UHGV virus genome: UHGV-0254771
Strand: one strand, 5' to 3'
DNA length: 13,970 bases
From: a virus
Shown: positions 13,855 to 13,970 of the stretch, piece after piece
How the letters are laid out: each line of letters opens with the position of its first letter
Numbering within the stretch: the first letter of the stretch is position 1
Notes under the pieces: generated by a model
The model's input: the letters and a program-made list of their open reading frames with translations, nothing else
What the model was told of the DNA's origin: nothing
Databases searched by the model: none
Made by a program: the position numbers and the translations under genes

Positions 13855-13970
13855 ATGCAAATTTCACCGGTTACTCTTCGTGTTGCGAAGGCGTTTATAT
13901 CCAGACATCACCGACACAATAAACCCCCGGTGGGGCATAAATTCAGCATTGGTCTGAGAAATGATGCCGG
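13855..13970 (+). CDS. 5' end of a further early-left gene (partial; runs off the window)
   Basis: ATG at 13855 with AAAGGAGAG upstream. Open frame MQISPVTLRVAKAFISRHHRHNKPPVGHKFSIGLRNDA... continues to the window end. Not recognised. Confidence 0.4.
   Translation, partial: MQISPVTLRVAKAFISRHHRHNKPPVGHKFSIGLRNDA

Larger units (their letters stand above)
1..13970. mobile_element. Internal segment of a lambdoid prophage (Q / replication / immunity / early-left regions); neither attachment site is in the window
   Basis: Gene order and orientation match lambda-type architecture: divergent cro/cI pair with an operator-rich intergenic region, replication genes and a Q antiterminator downstream of cro, accessory genes downstream of cI. 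Minus-strand genes show ATGA start/stop overlaps typical of phage operons. Confidence 0.85.

Noticed and set aside
1-13970. CRISPR arrays, tRNA or rRNA genes, integrase or attachment sites
   Set aside because: No regularly spaced direct repeats, no tRNA-like cloverleaf candidates and no tyrosine- or serine-recombinase ORF were seen; the window appears to be wholly internal to the prophage.

Overview
This window reads as an internal segment of a lambdoid (lambda-like) enterobacterial prophage, spanning the immunity switch and both early operons. The minus strand carries the early-right operon from cro (8778..9050) through two Rha-family genes, three small ORFs, a replication module (O-like initiator, DnaC-like loader, DnaB-like helicase), a DUF968-like gene and a Q-type antiterminator, ending in an AT-rich cargo gene (234..851). 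Most of these genes are joined by 4-bp ATGA start/stop overlaps. The plus strand carries a CI-like repressor (9184..9873) with its own terminator, a pL-like promoter, and an early-left operon of mostly unrecognisable accessory genes ending in Ea22-like genes. No tRNA, rRNA, CRISPR array, integrase or N/nut element was recognised. All calls rest on reading the sequence and recalled family signatures; no database search was run. The most likely places for undescribed biology are the cargo gene after Q, a plus-strand gene embedded against the early-right operon (8414..8707), a GC-rich spacer with a plus-strand terminator between the Rha genes, and the accessory cassette just downstream of cI/pL.
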